A stretch of 64,000 bases of DNA from Candidatus Bathyarchaeota archaeon (GCA_963775685.1 CAVZJV010000014.1:1696001-1760000), one strand, 5' to 3'; positions 30,766 to 41,640 are shown, numbered from the stretch's first letter. Made by a program: numbers and translations. The notes: generated by a model not told the origin, from the letters alone.

Positions 30766-31211
30766 ATGTCGAGGATAAACTCCAAAATCACCCGATCCAT
30801 CTCGCGGATAACTACCATGCGATGGTAGGTTACTGCTTTGACAGCGACCTTTTGCGGGTGCTTTTGGGGATCAAATTTTTCTCCCCAAACTTTTGCGCTA
30901 AATTTGAAGCTTTCAGGTGTTTCTTTCCAGTTTGTTATTTTGAATTTTGAGTAGAGCATGTTTTCGGTTTCAAACTTGACCAACAGCGCCTCAAGCCAGC
31001 TATAGAGAAGAGCATATTGGTCTTCTGCTGCAATCTCAACGATTGCTTCTTGAGTCGGAGCGATTTTTTCGGTGTCAGTCATTGTTTCAAACATCGAAAG
31101 CGCTGCGTTTTCGTATGCTTCCTCCATAGAGTTGCCGTGTGCTCGAACATAAACATCCGCGGTGTGCTCCAGAAACTCGAATCTTCCTGCAAATTTGTCG
31201 GCTTTACTCAT
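30762..31211 (-). CDS. Archease
   Basis: LEHTADV...VKAVTYH...LDI. Confidence 0.95.
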   Translation of the reverse strand: MSKADKFAGRFEFLEHTADVYVRAHGNSMEEAYENAALSMFETMTDTEKIAPTQEAIVEIAAEDQYALLYSWLEALLVKFETENMLYSKFKITNWKETPESFKFSAKVWGEKFDPQKHPQKVAVKAVTYHRMVVIREMDRVILEFILDI

Positions 31212-31331
31212 ACCCTATGACCAATAAGAAGTAAAACAAAGGGCTAGAATAAAAACAAATTTTAGATCTATGTCTTCGCTGCTTCAAATAAGAGAGAATA
31301 TCAACTTAGGAGAGTTCGTAGTGGTCTTGGA

Positions 31332-32375
31332 TTAGAAGTGATTTGTGATTGTTTGTATTGCTGCGGCGGTTAGTTTAGCCGAGTTTTCTATGTCTTTTAA
31401 GCTGAGCATGCCGACTGGACTGTGTATGTACCGTGTAGGGATTGAGACCGTTCCGCAGGGAATACCTTGGCGGGTGATGGAAATTCTTGCGGCGTCTGTG
31501 CTTCCCAGTAACCCTGACTCAAGTTGGAAGGGGATTTTTTCTTCTTCCGCCGTGTCGATTAGCCACCGCAAGACCTTTGGGTGAGTTATCAAGCCTGAAT
31601 CGCTTATGGTTAATGCAGGTCCTTTGCCCATCTTAACGGTGGTGTCGAATTCTCTTACACCTGGAACATCTCCGGCTATGGTTACGTCAAGAGCTAATGC
31701 CAAGTCAGGGTCAACACCAAACGCTGCCGCAGCTGCTCCTCGTAAGCCGACTTCTTCTTGGACGGTACCAACAGCGCAGACCGTACATTCGGTTTGAGTA
31801 AGTAATTTTAGGGTTTCAACCATAGTTATACATCCTGCACGGTTGTCGAAGGCTTTGCCGATTACTGCATCTCCACCGAGTTTAGAGTATTTTACATCAA
31901 AAGCTACTGAGTCGCCGATTGAAACGCCAAGTTTGACCGCAGCCTCTTTGCTCTCAGCCCCAATATCAATGAAGAGGTCATCGTAAGTGATGATTTTTTT
32001 GCGTTCCTCTTCTTTTTGAATATGTGGAGGTTTGGAGCCGATTATCCCTGGAAAAGCACCTTTTTTTGTATGGACCATTACTCTTTGGGCTGGGAGAATG
32101 CGGTCGTCGATACCACCCATTTTGGTGAACTGTAGAAAACCGTCCTTCATTATGGTTTTGACCATCAAGCCGACTTCATCCATGTGAGCTGCAAGCATGA
32201 TTTTCGGCGATTTCGTTTTGCCCTTCTTGATAGCTATGACGTTTTCTAGTTTGTCGACTTGAATTTCATCAGCCAACGGTGTCATAAGGTGAACCATAAG
32301 GTTTCTAACGTGGTCTTCTCTGCCTGTTACTCCGCACGCGTTGGAGAGTTTTTCAAGATTTGTGTTTATGGACAA
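31332..32375 (-). CDS. M42 family (TET) aminopeptidase
   Basis: AHMDEVG, KAFDNRAG, QEEVGLRG, RYIHS. Confidence 0.93.
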   Translation of the reverse strand: MSINTNLEKLSNACGVTGREDHVRNLMVHLMTPLADEIQVDKLENVIAIKKGKTKSPKIMLAAHMDEVGLMVKTIMKDGFLQFTKMGGIDDRILPAQRVMVHTKKGAFPGIIGSKPPHIQKEEERKKIITYDDLFIDIGAESKEAAVKLGVSIGDSVAFDVKYSKLGGDAVIGKAFDNRAGCITMVETLKLLTQTECTVCAVGTVQEEVGLRGAAAAAFGVDPDLALALDVTIAGDVPGVREFDTTVKMGKGPALTISDSGLITHPKVLRWLIDTAEEEKIPFQLESGLLGSTDAARISITRQGIPCGTVSIPTRYIHSPVGMLSLKDIENSAKLTAAAIQTITNHF

Positions 32376-32483
32376 TAAGAGGCCTTCTTGGTTGTTGTTC
32401 GATAAGACTTTAAAGGAATTGTTATTAAACGGTTTTGGTTCTAGGCGCTTTAATAGTTATAGAGGGAACTATCTCTTTCTGGA

Positions 32484-34004
32484 TTATTCATTTTGCGACA
32501 GTTCAACGGTGAATTTTGTGCCTTTGTTCACTTGGCTTTCAAAGTGTATCTTGCCATTTAATGCTTCCACTAAGCGTTTAACGACGGCTAAGCCTAAACC
32601 TTGACCTTTGGATTTTGTAGTGAACAGCGGCGTGAACATTTTGGTTTTAACATTTTCTGGGATGCCTAACCCCGTGTCTTGGATGCTGATTGCTGTTTTA
32701 TCCTTTTTCCTGTTTATTTTTACGGTTAATTTGCCTTCATTGGGCATAGCTTGAACTGCGTTAGTGATCAGGTTTGTCAATATTCGTCTCAAGTAAGCGG
32801 TGTCTGTTTTGATTGCTGAGTTTTCTTTGAGTTTTGTTATGAGTTCTATTCGATTAGGAATATTGATAGCCAGGATGGTGCTTTGGATTAATTCGGAGAG
32901 ATTTATGACTTGAAGGTTTGGTTTTAAGGGTCTTGTGTAATCTTGCAAGTCGCTAACAATCTTGTCAATGTAGGTGATGTTTTCGTTAACTGACTCAATA
33001 CTTTCAAGTATGGCTTGCTTGCTTTCGCCCTCCTTCATGGACTTTGTTTCTTCAGTTATCAAGTACATATCGCTTGTTATTGCCTGCAGGGGGTTGCGAA
33101 TGTCATGTCCAACCATGCCCGCGGTTTGGCCGATGGCTGCCATACGCTCAGCGTCTTTCAACTGAGCAGCTCGCTGATTTGCTAGCTCCTCCATTTGGTT
33201 TGCATACTCTTCCAACAATATGGCGTTTTCCTCAAGCTTAATCTGCGCCTTAACTCGTTCTTCTTCAACTAACTTTAACTCGTCAATATCTACAGTATAA
33301 ACGCGTACTTGCTGGGTTTCGGGCACAAGATAAATTTGTTCGTGGTACCAATGCTCATTAACTTTAATTTCTCTGCCAGAAGTTGTAGTTTTAATTTTTT
33401 GCGCATAGTCTTTAGCGATGTCTTCCCAGTTGGACAAGAGGGGATGCTTTAGACCTAATTCTTCTATGTCAGGAAAGAAAAGTGTTGTTGCAGGATTGGC
33501 GTAGGTTAATTTTCCTTTAAAGTCTACTTCGAAGACTGGGTTAGGATTAAGGGTAGGAAAAGTAGCTAATCGCGCAATTTCTTTTTCTGCTTTCTTGCGT
33601 TCCGTTACATCCTCGAAGAGCGTTACGAAGTATCCTTTTTCTGGGCAGTAAGCAGAAATATTATACCATTTGTCAAGAGGCTTAGCATAATTTTCGAACT
33701 GAATGGACTCGCAATTGAGCGCAACCTTTCCATATGTGCCAATCCAATCTGCTGGGTCGTTTTCGATGCCCTTTAGGATTTCGGTTACTTTTTTTCCAAT
33801 AATTTCCTCTTTTTTGAGCCCAATCATTTTTTCAAAGGCATTGTTGACTTCTAGAAAAACGTAGTCTATTGGCTTCCCAGATTTGTCAACAACTACCTTG
33901 TGATAGGCAAATCCATCCATCATTTTTTCAAAAAATATGCTGGAGTGTTTTCTTTCGACGCTGAGTGCTTTTGTCCAGCCGTTAGCTAAAGAATCAACAG
34001 ACAA
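32484..34004 (-). CDS. Soluble PAS-domain sensor histidine kinase
   Basis: PAS folds; GHDIRNPL, NLITNA, DTGLGI, GQGLGL. Confidence 0.93.
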   Translation of the reverse strand: MSVDSLANGWTKALSVERKHSSIFFEKMMDGFAYHKVVVDKSGKPIDYVFLEVNNAFEKMIGLKKEEIIGKKVTEILKGIENDPADWIGTYGKVALNCESIQFENYAKPLDKWYNISAYCPEKGYFVTLFEDVTERKKAEKEIARLATFPTLNPNPVFEVDFKGKLTYANPATTLFFPDIEELGLKHPLLSNWEDIAKDYAQKIKTTTSGREIKVNEHWYHEQIYLVPETQQVRVYTVDIDELKLVEEERVKAQIKLEENAILLEEYANQMEELANQRAAQLKDAERMAAIGQTAGMVGHDIRNPLQAITSDMYLITEETKSMKEGESKQAILESIESVNENITYIDKIVSDLQDYTRPLKPNLQVINLSELIQSTILAINIPNRIELITKLKENSAIKTDTAYLRRILTNLITNAVQAMPNEGKLTVKINRKKDKTAISIQDTGLGIPENVKTKMFTPLFTTKSKGQGLGLAVVKRLVEALNGKIHFESQVNKGTKFTVELSQNE

Positions 34005-34239
34005 TTAGCAGCCCCTACAAACATTTATACCTAAAAATTTAAGCGTTGAAGTATAAAAGAGTATATTTTGCCCATGGACATCCATAGAAATCAGGAACAA
34101 CTATTTTTCTTTGACAAGGTCAAAGTTCCAGCAACGGGATTAGAACAACTTTGTAATTATCTTGGAAATTAACTCATTCCAATTTTGGATAATTCTTAAA
34201 TCATTAAACCGCATTCACAAACAATGTAAGGTGTAAAAA

Positions 34240-35178
34240 TTGGCACAACAACCCCCAAGTTATAAGACAGTTTTCGTTTTCCTAGACACAGACAAATATT
34301 GCAGTCCATTTGACATGCTCGTCGCCATAGACGCATTCCCAGACTCGACGATTTTCAAGTATGAAAATGTTACAAGCGAAGATGCCCCAAAAATCATCTT
34401 TGACCTGCTATTCCCCCGTGGACCCGAAGGCGCAAAACACACAAAGGTATTCATCAACGGAAGCAAGTTTGAAATGGTAGAAAAAGTAGTTGAAGCAACC
34501 CAGAAAGCAATGAAGTCAGCCCCATGGGGAAACAGCATCATCGTTGACCCAAGAGGCGGATACTCAACAGCCGCAGCCGCAGTAGCAAAAACTTTCGGAG
34601 CAGCCATGGAGAAAGGTTTTGGGAGCTTAGAAGGCAAAAATGTAACCGTCCTAGCTGGCACAGGACCAGTAGGACAGACAGCCGCAAGAATCTACGCGAC
34701 AGAAAAAGCCAACGTAACTATTACAAGTCGAGCACTCGCAAAAGGTCAAGTTATAGCCTACAAAATCAACCAAGAATGCGGCGCCCAAAGAGTCAAAGTT
34801 GTCGAAGTCAAAAATCCCGAACAAACAGCCGAAGCCATAAAAGACGTAGAAATCGTCCTATCAGCGGGCGCAGGCGGAATCCAATTGCTCTCAGCAGCAG
34901 ATCTTAGCAAAAGCCCAATGTGCAAAATTGTAGCAGACATCAACGCGATCAAACCGCTGGGTGTAGAAGGGTTAGCCCCCAATGATGACGGCAAAGAACT
35001 CAAACCTGGCGTTTATGGCATAGGGGCGTTGGCGATCGGCAAACTTAAAATCAAAACCGAAACGGAAATGATTAAACGTGCAACCGCTGAGCCGTCAGGA
35101 CTCTTTGACTACTCAATTGCATACACCATCGCTAAAGACCAAATTTTAAAGAAACTCGCAAAAGCAGCTGCTAAATAA
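34240..35178 (+). CDS. mtd: NAD(P)-dependent methylene-tetrahydromethanopterin dehydrogenase (MtdA/MtdB-like)
   Basis: SPFD...AIDA, F.RGP, DPRGGYSTAAA, GTGPVG, DINA..PLGVEG, GALAIG.LK. Confidence 0.85.
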   Translation: MAQQPPSYKTVFVFLDTDKYCSPFDMLVAIDAFPDSTIFKYENVTSEDAPKIIFDLLFPRGPEGAKHTKVFINGSKFEMVEKVVEATQKAMKSAPWGNSIIVDPRGGYSTAAAAVAKTFGAAMEKGFGSLEGKNVTVLAGTGPVGQTAARIYATEKANVTITSRALAKGQVIAYKINQECGAQRVKVVEVKNPEQTAEAIKDVEIVLSAGAGGIQLLSAADLSKSPMCKIVADINAIKPLGVEGLAPNDDGKELKPGVYGIGALAIGKLKIKTETEMIKRATAEPSGLFDYSIAYTIAKDQILKKLAKAAAK

Positions 35179-35304
35179 GCAGCAACTTTATCTTTTCTTT
35201 ATATTATTCTTTCAATTTTGACAACTATATTTATTTATGATAAGATCCTTTTTTATATTAACCCTTCAAGAAAGCTCCCTGTCAATTAAGGATGATACGA
35301 TAAG

Positions 35305-36369
35305 TTGGCTAATCTTACAGAAATTATTCAGAATGTACTAAACACGAATTCGAGCATCGCTGAAATCCTATCATCTATAGTCATTTTCGCTATCGTTGCC
35401 ATAGTGGGCTGGGGTTTCTACCTTATTATTAACAGGTACTTTTCTAAGTGGGCAAAAAAAACCGAAACAACCCTAGACGATGACATACTTGCCGCTGTTA
35501 AAGCCATAACAATCATAATGATTGTGGTAATCGGCATCGAATATGCGCTTCAACCGCTTTCGTTCCTTCAACCGTACAACACTACATTAACGGGAGTCTT
35601 TACAGTAATTGAAATCTTTTTAGGCGCATTTGCAGTCACCCGAGTCTCAAACATAGTGGCGGACTGGTACACAAGCAGAACCGCGCTTATGGAAGGAAAA
35701 AACAGCCGTCACCTACTGTTCATCTTAAAAAAAGTCATACAGATAGTTGTTTACGTCTCGGCATTTCTAATCATTCTATGGGTATTCAACGTTAACCTCA
35801 CCGGCGCAGTTGTCGGCTTAGGAGTCGGGGGCATTGCCATAGCGTTCGCTTTACAAAGTACTTTGAGCGATTTCTTCAGTGCTTTCTCAATCTATTTTGA
35901 TAGACCTTTTGAAATCGGTGACTTCATTGTCGTAGGCAACTATAGCGGAACGGTGAAAAACATAGGTGTCAAATCGACAAGACTACAGCTGCTGCAAGGC
36001 GAAGAACTCATTATCTCAAATAAAGAATTGACTGGCACCAGTGTCAGGAACTTTAGGAAACTGGAAAAAAGACGCGTAACCTTCACCATCGGAGTAACTT
36101 ATGACACCGTAGTTGAGAAACTCAAAAAGGTCCCTGGAATAATTGCTGGCATAATAAAGAACATGGATTTGACTTCATTTGACCGGGTAAACTTTACAGA
36201 ATTCGGAGATTTTAGCTTAAAATTCCTGGTAATATACTACGTAAATTCATCAGATTGGGGCAAATACCTAGATACACAAGAGAGAATCAACTTTTCAATT
36301 AAGGAAGCATTTGAACGGGAAGGTATAGAGATGGCGTTCCCAACCAGTACAGTCTACGTCAAAAAATAA
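35305..36369 (+). CDS. mscS: Small-conductance mechanosensitive channel
   Basis: GLGVGGIAIAFALQ, DRPFEIGD, GIEMAFP. Confidence 0.93.
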   Translation: MANLTEIIQNVLNTNSSIAEILSSIVIFAIVAIVGWGFYLIINRYFSKWAKKTETTLDDDILAAVKAITIIMIVVIGIEYALQPLSFLQPYNTTLTGVFTVIEIFLGAFAVTRVSNIVADWYTSRTALMEGKNSRHLLFILKKVIQIVVYVSAFLIILWVFNVNLTGAVVGLGVGGIAIAFALQSTLSDFFSAFSIYFDRPFEIGDFIVVGNYSGTVKNIGVKSTRLQLLQGEELIISNKELTGTSVRNFRKLEKRRVTFTIGVTYDTVVEKLKKVPGIIAGIIKNMDLTSFDRVNFTEFGDFSLKFLVIYYVNSSDWGKYLDTQERINFSIKEAFEREGIEMAFPTSTVYVKK

Positions 36370-36391
36370 GCAAACCCCCAAGCAGGGTTCT

Positions 36392-37555
36392 TTATTTGAA
36401 TACGTCAGCGATTCTTGCGCAAGCCTCGGCAATGCGTTCTTTGGGCTGAGTAAAAGTAATCCTTGCGTAACCTTCACCATACCTGCCAAAACCGACTCCA
36501 GGCGTTACAGCGACACCCACACCAAGCAACTTGGTTGCGAATTTCATTGAGTCGCCCTTACAATTTACCCAAACATAGAAGGTTGCTTTTGGTTTTTCAC
36601 ATTGGTAACCGATTTTGCAAAGAGTATTTACTAGCAGGTCGCGGCGTTCCTGGAGTATTTGATTATTTTTCTCAAGGAATTCTGGCGACTCTCTACTTGT
36701 ATATGCTCCTAGGGCTTTCACGGCGGCCTTCTGCGTATAAACCGGCGGTCCCGAGTCTATTTGGGATTTAACTTTAGCTAGTCCTTGGACTACCGCTTTG
36801 TTTCCTGCCGCGAACCCAATGCGGTCGCCTGTCATGTTAAAGGTTTTTGAGAGCGAATGGAATTCGACAGCGACCTCCATTGCGCCATCTATCTCCAGGA
36901 TGCTGGGGGCACGGTAGCTGTCATAGGTGATTTCTGAGTAAGCGTTGTCATAGCAGAGGATTATGTTGTTGTCCTTTGCAAAATCAACTGCTCGCTTTAG
37001 GAATTTTTTGTCGACTGTTGCGGCGGTCGGGTTGTTCGGATAGTTGATGAACATCATTTTGGCTTTCATGGTGTCGATTGCATCGAAGTCGGGTTGGAAA
37101 TTGTTTTCTTCTAAAAGTGGCATTGGCACGGCTAACCCGTCACAAAGAATCGTGCTGCCGTTAGCATACACGGGGTAAGCCGGATCTGGCACCAACACTT
37201 TGTCGCCCGGGTTTATGAATGCTCGTGCGATGTTAGCTATTCCTTCTTTTGACCCTAGTAATGCGACGACTTGGTCGTGGGATAAGTCAACGTTGAACCG
37301 TTTCCTGTACCACTCCGACACCGAATGCCGGAAATCTGGTTCTCCCTGACTAAACGAGTAACTGTGGTTTTTGAGATTTGCCGCTTCCACTTTAAGTGCT
37401 TCAACAACAAAAGATGGAGGCGGAAGGTCAGGGTCACCTATACTCAGCGAAATCAGATCTACTCCTTGCGCCCTTTTTTCTCTAATGGCTTTTTCTATTT
37501 CAGCAAACAGGTATGGCGGTAAACGTTTTATCCGATCTGCATACTCAAACGTCAT
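36392..37555 (-). CDS. dapL: LL-diaminopimelate aminotransferase (class I/II PLP)
   Basis: LPPYLFA, NYPNNPT, SLSKTFNMTG.RIG; last gene of the dap operon. Confidence 0.8.
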   Translation of the reverse strand: MTFEYADRIKRLPPYLFAEIEKAIREKRAQGVDLISLSIGDPDLPPPSFVVEALKVEAANLKNHSYSFSQGEPDFRHSVSEWYRKRFNVDLSHDQVVALLGSKEGIANIARAFINPGDKVLVPDPAYPVYANGSTILCDGLAVPMPLLEENNFQPDFDAIDTMKAKMMFINYPNNPTAATVDKKFLKRAVDFAKDNNIILCYDNAYSEITYDSYRAPSILEIDGAMEVAVEFHSLSKTFNMTGDRIGFAAGNKAVVQGLAKVKSQIDSGPPVYTQKAAVKALGAYTSRESPEFLEKNNQILQERRDLLVNTLCKIGYQCEKPKATFYVWVNCKGDSMKFATKLLGVGVAVTPGVGFGRYGEGYARITFTQPKERIAEACARIADVFK

Positions 37556-37557
37556 TT

Positions 37558-38391
37558 CTATGGCTCCTTGAATAGTGTGCCTTCATAAACTTTCTCGGCT
37601 GCCCCAATCAAGAATATGTTTTTGTTTACTTCAACTTGGAGGTTGCCGCCGAGCACATGAACGGTGACTTTGTTACCGACTCTTCCCAGCTTGTTAGCGG
37701 CAGCCACAGCAGCGCAGGTTCCGGTGCCGCATGCTAAGGTTTCTCCGCATCCGCGTTCCCAAACCCTAACATTCAGCTCGTTCTTGTTTAGCACCTCTAC
37801 AAAGCCCACGTTGGTTCGCTTTGGGAAAGTCTTGTGATTTTCAATTTTTGATCCGATTTCTTCAACCGGGAAACAGTCGATGCAGTCAACGAAGATTATG
37901 CAGTGGGGATTACCCATTGAGAGGCATGTTACATTGAACTGTTCGCCGTTAACATCTAGGTCGGCGCCTATGCATGTTCCTTTTCCTTTCATGGGTAGGC
38001 TTCTTCTTTCCCAGTTCGGCTCGCCCATATCTACCTTGACGGCGGCGACTTCTTTGCCCTTAACCGTTAACCAAACATGTTTAACACCTGACATCGTCTC
38101 AACCGAAAACTCATCTCTCATAACAATGTCGTTTTCGTAACAGTACTTGCTTAAGCATCTTATTCCGTTTCCGCACATTTCGGCTTCGCTACCGTCAGCG
38201 TTGAAAATCCGCATCCTTACATCAGCAACCGTTGAATTGCAGACCAAAAGAAGCCCGTCAGCGCCAACTGAGAAACGCCTCGCACAAAGACTCTTCGCCA
38301 ATGCCGCAGCCCTCTGGTCACTGACTTTTCCATCCCGATTGTCGATCAAGATGTAGTCATTGCCTAAGCCATGCATCTTCCAAAAAAGCAT
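37558..38391 (-). CDS. dapF: Diaminopimelate epimerase
   Basis: KMHGLGND, EMCGNG, GNPH, ERGCGETLACGTG. Confidence 0.97.
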   Translation of the reverse strand: MLFWKMHGLGNDYILIDNRDGKVSDQRAAALAKSLCARRFSVGADGLLLVCNSTVADVRMRIFNADGSEAEMCGNGIRCLSKYCYENDIVMRDEFSVETMSGVKHVWLTVKGKEVAAVKVDMGEPNWERRSLPMKGKGTCIGADLDVNGEQFNVTCLSMGNPHCIIFVDCIDCFPVEEIGSKIENHKTFPKRTNVGFVEVLNKNELNVRVWERGCGETLACGTGTCAAVAAANKLGRVGNKVTVHVLGGNLQVEVNKNIFLIGAAEKVYEGTLFKEP

Positions 38392-38395
38392 ATAC

Positions 38396-39679
38396 TCACT
38401 CTACCATCCGTTGACTAGACATCAAATCGCTTAGTTGTTCACGTTGTCTAACCACAATCGCCTTGCCCTGCCGAATCATCACTTCCGCTGCTCGTGGTCT
38501 TGAGTTGTATTGTGAGCTCATGCTAAAACCGTAAGCGCCAGCATTTAATATAGCAAGTAAGTCGCCCTCCTCAACCAGGGGTAATTTTCGGTCTTTGGCT
38601 AAAGCGTCACCTGACTCACATATCGGACCCACCACGTCATAAGTTTCCTTGTCCGACTGCGCAACCTTGTTGGCGACTAATATTTGATGGTAGGAGCCAT
38701 ACATCGTTGGACGTAACAATGTGTTAAAGCCTGCATCTACACCGACGAATTTCTTAGAAGGCGTTGCCTTTACAGTGTTAACAGCGGTTAAGAGTATGCT
38801 TGCGTCACAAACAAGGTATCTGCCTGGTTCAACGCATAAGAATGGCTTGCCAAGTCCGTACTCCTTTACTTTGCTCTTGAACATGGCGACCACCTTGGTG
38901 GAATATTCCGTTAGGTCAAGATCTTTGTCACCTGGAGTGTAGGGAACCCCGAATCCTCCGCCGATGTCAATGAATTCAAAATCGACACCCACCTCATCAT
39001 GCACACGCTTGGCTATGCTTAGCAGCTTCTCCACCGCCAAAACATACGGCTCTAACTCCAAGATGCCTGAGCCAATATGCATGTGTAACCCGAAGCGTTC
39101 CACACGAGCACGCTTAGCAATAGCATAAGCCTGAATGGTTTCTTCTTCCCAAAGTCCAAACTTTGATTCAGGACCAGCGGTAATGCAGTGACTGTGATGC
39201 CCAGCGCCGACATCAGGATTAACACGCACAGACAAAATCTGTGGCACAGCAATCTTTAGCAACCTATCCAGTTCTGATTGGGAATCCACGTTTACAGTTA
39301 TGTTTGCACCAGCAAGAAACTTTAGTTCGTCGTCTCGAACACTAGTTCCAGTGAATAGTAGGCGATCTGGTGTGAATCCGCAACTTAAGCCCATGAACAC
39401 TTCGCCTGGGCTAACCGTGTCCAAGTAGGCGCCTTCTGACTGCAAAATCTTTAGCACGGTTAGGTTGCTGTTGGCTTTGGCAGCGTAGTAGACGCGCAGA
39501 TGCTTGTAGTTACTGATTAAAGCGTTGTGTAGACGGTTGTAGTTGTCTCTGATGCGTTTCTCGCTTAGCACATAAAGCGGTGTATCATATTTTTCAGCCA
39601 GTTCCTTCACTGAGAAGCCGTCAAAAAAGAGGCTGCCTTTTCGGTCTTCTAAGGGTTCACGAAGCTTTCTTTTAACCAT
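38396..39679 (-). CDS. lysA: Diaminopimelate decarboxylase
   Basis: YAAKAN, HMHIGS, EPGR, CESGD, GAYG. Confidence 0.96.
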   Translation of the reverse strand: MVKRKLREPLEDRKGSLFFDGFSVKELAEKYDTPLYVLSEKRIRDNYNRLHNALISNYKHLRVYYAAKANSNLTVLKILQSEGAYLDTVSPGEVFMGLSCGFTPDRLLFTGTSVRDDELKFLAGANITVNVDSQSELDRLLKIAVPQILSVRVNPDVGAGHHSHCITAGPESKFGLWEEETIQAYAIAKRARVERFGLHMHIGSGILELEPYVLAVEKLLSIAKRVHDEVGVDFEFIDIGGGFGVPYTPGDKDLDLTEYSTKVVAMFKSKVKEYGLGKPFLCVEPGRYLVCDASILLTAVNTVKATPSKKFVGVDAGFNTLLRPTMYGSYHQILVANKVAQSDKETYDVVGPICESGDALAKDRKLPLVEEGDLLAILNAGAYGFSMSSQYNSRPRAAEVMIRQGKAIVVRQREQLSDLMSSQRMVE

Positions 39680-39720
39680 ATAACATACACCAGACTCTAC
39701 TGTTACAGCTCGAATTGCAT

Positions 39721-40779
39721 TTAAGCTAAACCGTTAGCCACATACAGCTCTGCGCTTAGAATGCCTCCGCCCGCAGCGCCCCGAACCGTATTGTGTCCTA
39801 AACACATATATTTGAAAGTCATAATCGGGTCTTTGCGAATTCTGCCCACAATTATACTTTGTCCATTGCCTGTATCTCGGTCGTAGCGTGGCTGAGGTCG
39901 GTTTTTTTCATGGCGAACAACGATTGGGTACGCCGGTGCAGAAGGCAGCTTGAGCAGCTGTGGAGCACCCTTAAAGTCCTCAAACGCCGCCTCTATTTGC
40001 TCAAGCGATGGTTCTTGGTCCAGCTTTACGAATATGGATTCTAGATGACCATCTTTAACGTTGACTCGGTTGCAACTTGCGCTAAGTATGAAATCTGCGT
40101 TCTGCACAACTCTACCATTGAAGGACCCAAGAATCTTCAGGGCTTCCGTCTCCATCTTGTCCTCTTCACCTGAGATGAAGGGAATTACATTGTCGATGAT
40201 ATCCAATGAAGGTACACCTGGATAACCTGCACCGCTAAGCGCTTGCATCGTAGTAACAACGACCTGTCTTAGACCGAACTGCATCAGCGGCTTTAACGTA
40301 ATCGCCATTTGAATCGTGCTGCAATTTGGGTCAGTAGAGATAAAGCCTTTCCAACCCCGAAGTTGCTTCTGAACTTTAATTAACTCCGCGTGATCAGGAT
40401 TGATTTCTGGAATAATAAGCGGTACATCTTTTTCCATTCTGTGAGCGCTCGCTTTGCTAAACACTGGATACATTGCAGCAAATTCTGATTCAACTGGTCC
40501 CGCCAAATCACCTGGCATAGACGAGAAAACCAAGTCAACGTCACCAGCCTTCTCCACCGATGGCACGTCAGCATTTACGACCGGCATTTCAGCAATTTCT
40601 TTAGGCAAATCAGACTCCATCAACCAGTTGGCGGCGTCCTTGTATTTTTTGCCTGCTGACCGCTCTGAAGCAGCCAGAACCTCAATTTGGAACCAGGGGT
40701 GACCTTGCAATAGTTGAATGTACCGTTGTCCGACGGCTCCGGTTGCGCCCAGAATGGCAACTTTACGTTTATTTTGCAT
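39721..40779 (-). CDS. asd: Aspartate-semialdehyde dehydrogenase
   Basis: GATGAVG, PNCST, SGAGYPG, HNTVRGAAG. Confidence 0.96.
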   Translation of the reverse strand: MQNKRKVAILGATGAVGQRYIQLLQGHPWFQIEVLAASERSAGKKYKDAANWLMESDLPKEIAEMPVVNADVPSVEKAGDVDLVFSSMPGDLAGPVESEFAAMYPVFSKASAHRMEKDVPLIIPEINPDHAELIKVQKQLRGWKGFISTDPNCSTIQMAITLKPLMQFGLRQVVVTTMQALSGAGYPGVPSLDIIDNVIPFISGEEDKMETEALKILGSFNGRVVQNADFILSASCNRVNVKDGHLESIFVKLDQEPSLEQIEAAFEDFKGAPQLLKLPSAPAYPIVVRHEKNRPQPRYDRDTGNGQSIIVGRIRKDPIMTFKYMCLGHNTVRGAAGGGILSAELYVANGLA

Positions 40780-40845
40780 GGGGTTTCTTCCTTTGCTCTT
40801 TTCACTTTGTTCTTTCTCGATAAAAAAGTTAATGGTTCTGGCTGG

Positions 40846-41640
40846 TTAAGTTAAACCTAAAACGTCAGCCATGCTGAACACTTTGGGCTCATTTTGTTTG
40901 CTTAACCATTTAGCCGCACATACGGCGCCCTGTGCAAACACGTTCCGCGAGAAAGCCGTATGTTCTATGCGCAGCATCTCGTTTGGACCGGCAACGATTA
41001 AGTCGTGGATTCCTGCGACGCCGCCTGCACGTATCGCTGTGATTTCGAGTTCTTCCGGTAGACGAGGGCTTATACCTTCTCTTCCCGACACCGTTTTCGT
41101 GTAGCCCCGAATGTTTGCAATGATTTCGCCCAATTTTTTGGCTGTTCCACTTGGAGCATCCTTTTTGCCTGTATGGTGAATCTCGTTTATGCTGAAATCG
41201 TAGCCTTGCGGAAACGCGTTGAGTAATTCGGCCAGTTTAAAGAGTATGTTGATGCCTACACTGTAGTTTGGAGAGAACACTGCTGGAACTTTTCCCGACA
41301 TTGCGGCTGTAACTTGTCGGTATTGTTCGGGTGTGAAGCCTGTAGTGCCGAGAACTATACTTTTTCCTAAGTTAGCAACAATTGGAACATTTATTATGTC
41401 CGCTCTTGGCGCGGTGAAACTTACGAAAATGTCAGCGTCCTTTACTGCATCGACGACCTCTTCCGAACTTAGTATCAGCGTTTTTTGATCTGTTATGCCG
41501 CAATCAATTAGTGTTTTACCAATAGCCGGACTGTTTGGGGCCTCTATTGCTCCAATGGTCATTATCCCTTTTGCTCGTGCTTCATGAATTATGGCAACAC
41601 CCATTCGCCCAGTGGCGCCTGCTACGCAGATCTTAAGCAT
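40846..41640 (-). CDS. dapB: 4-hydroxy-tetrahydrodipicolinate reductase
   Basis: GATGRMG, GTTG, EIHH..KKDAPSGTA; ATG 41640 overlaps the dapA stop. Confidence 0.96.
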   Translation of the reverse strand: MLKICVAGATGRMGVAIIHEARAKGIMTIGAIEAPNSPAIGKTLIDCGITDQKTLILSSEEVVDAVKDADIFVSFTAPRADIINVPIVANLGKSIVLGTTGFTPEQYRQVTAAMSGKVPAVFSPNYSVGINILFKLAELLNAFPQGYDFSINEIHHTGKKDAPSGTAKKLGEIIANIRGYTKTVSGREGISPRLPEELEITAIRAGGVAGIHDLIVAGPNEMLRIEHTAFSRNVFAQGAVCAAKWLSKQNEPKVFSMADVLGLT

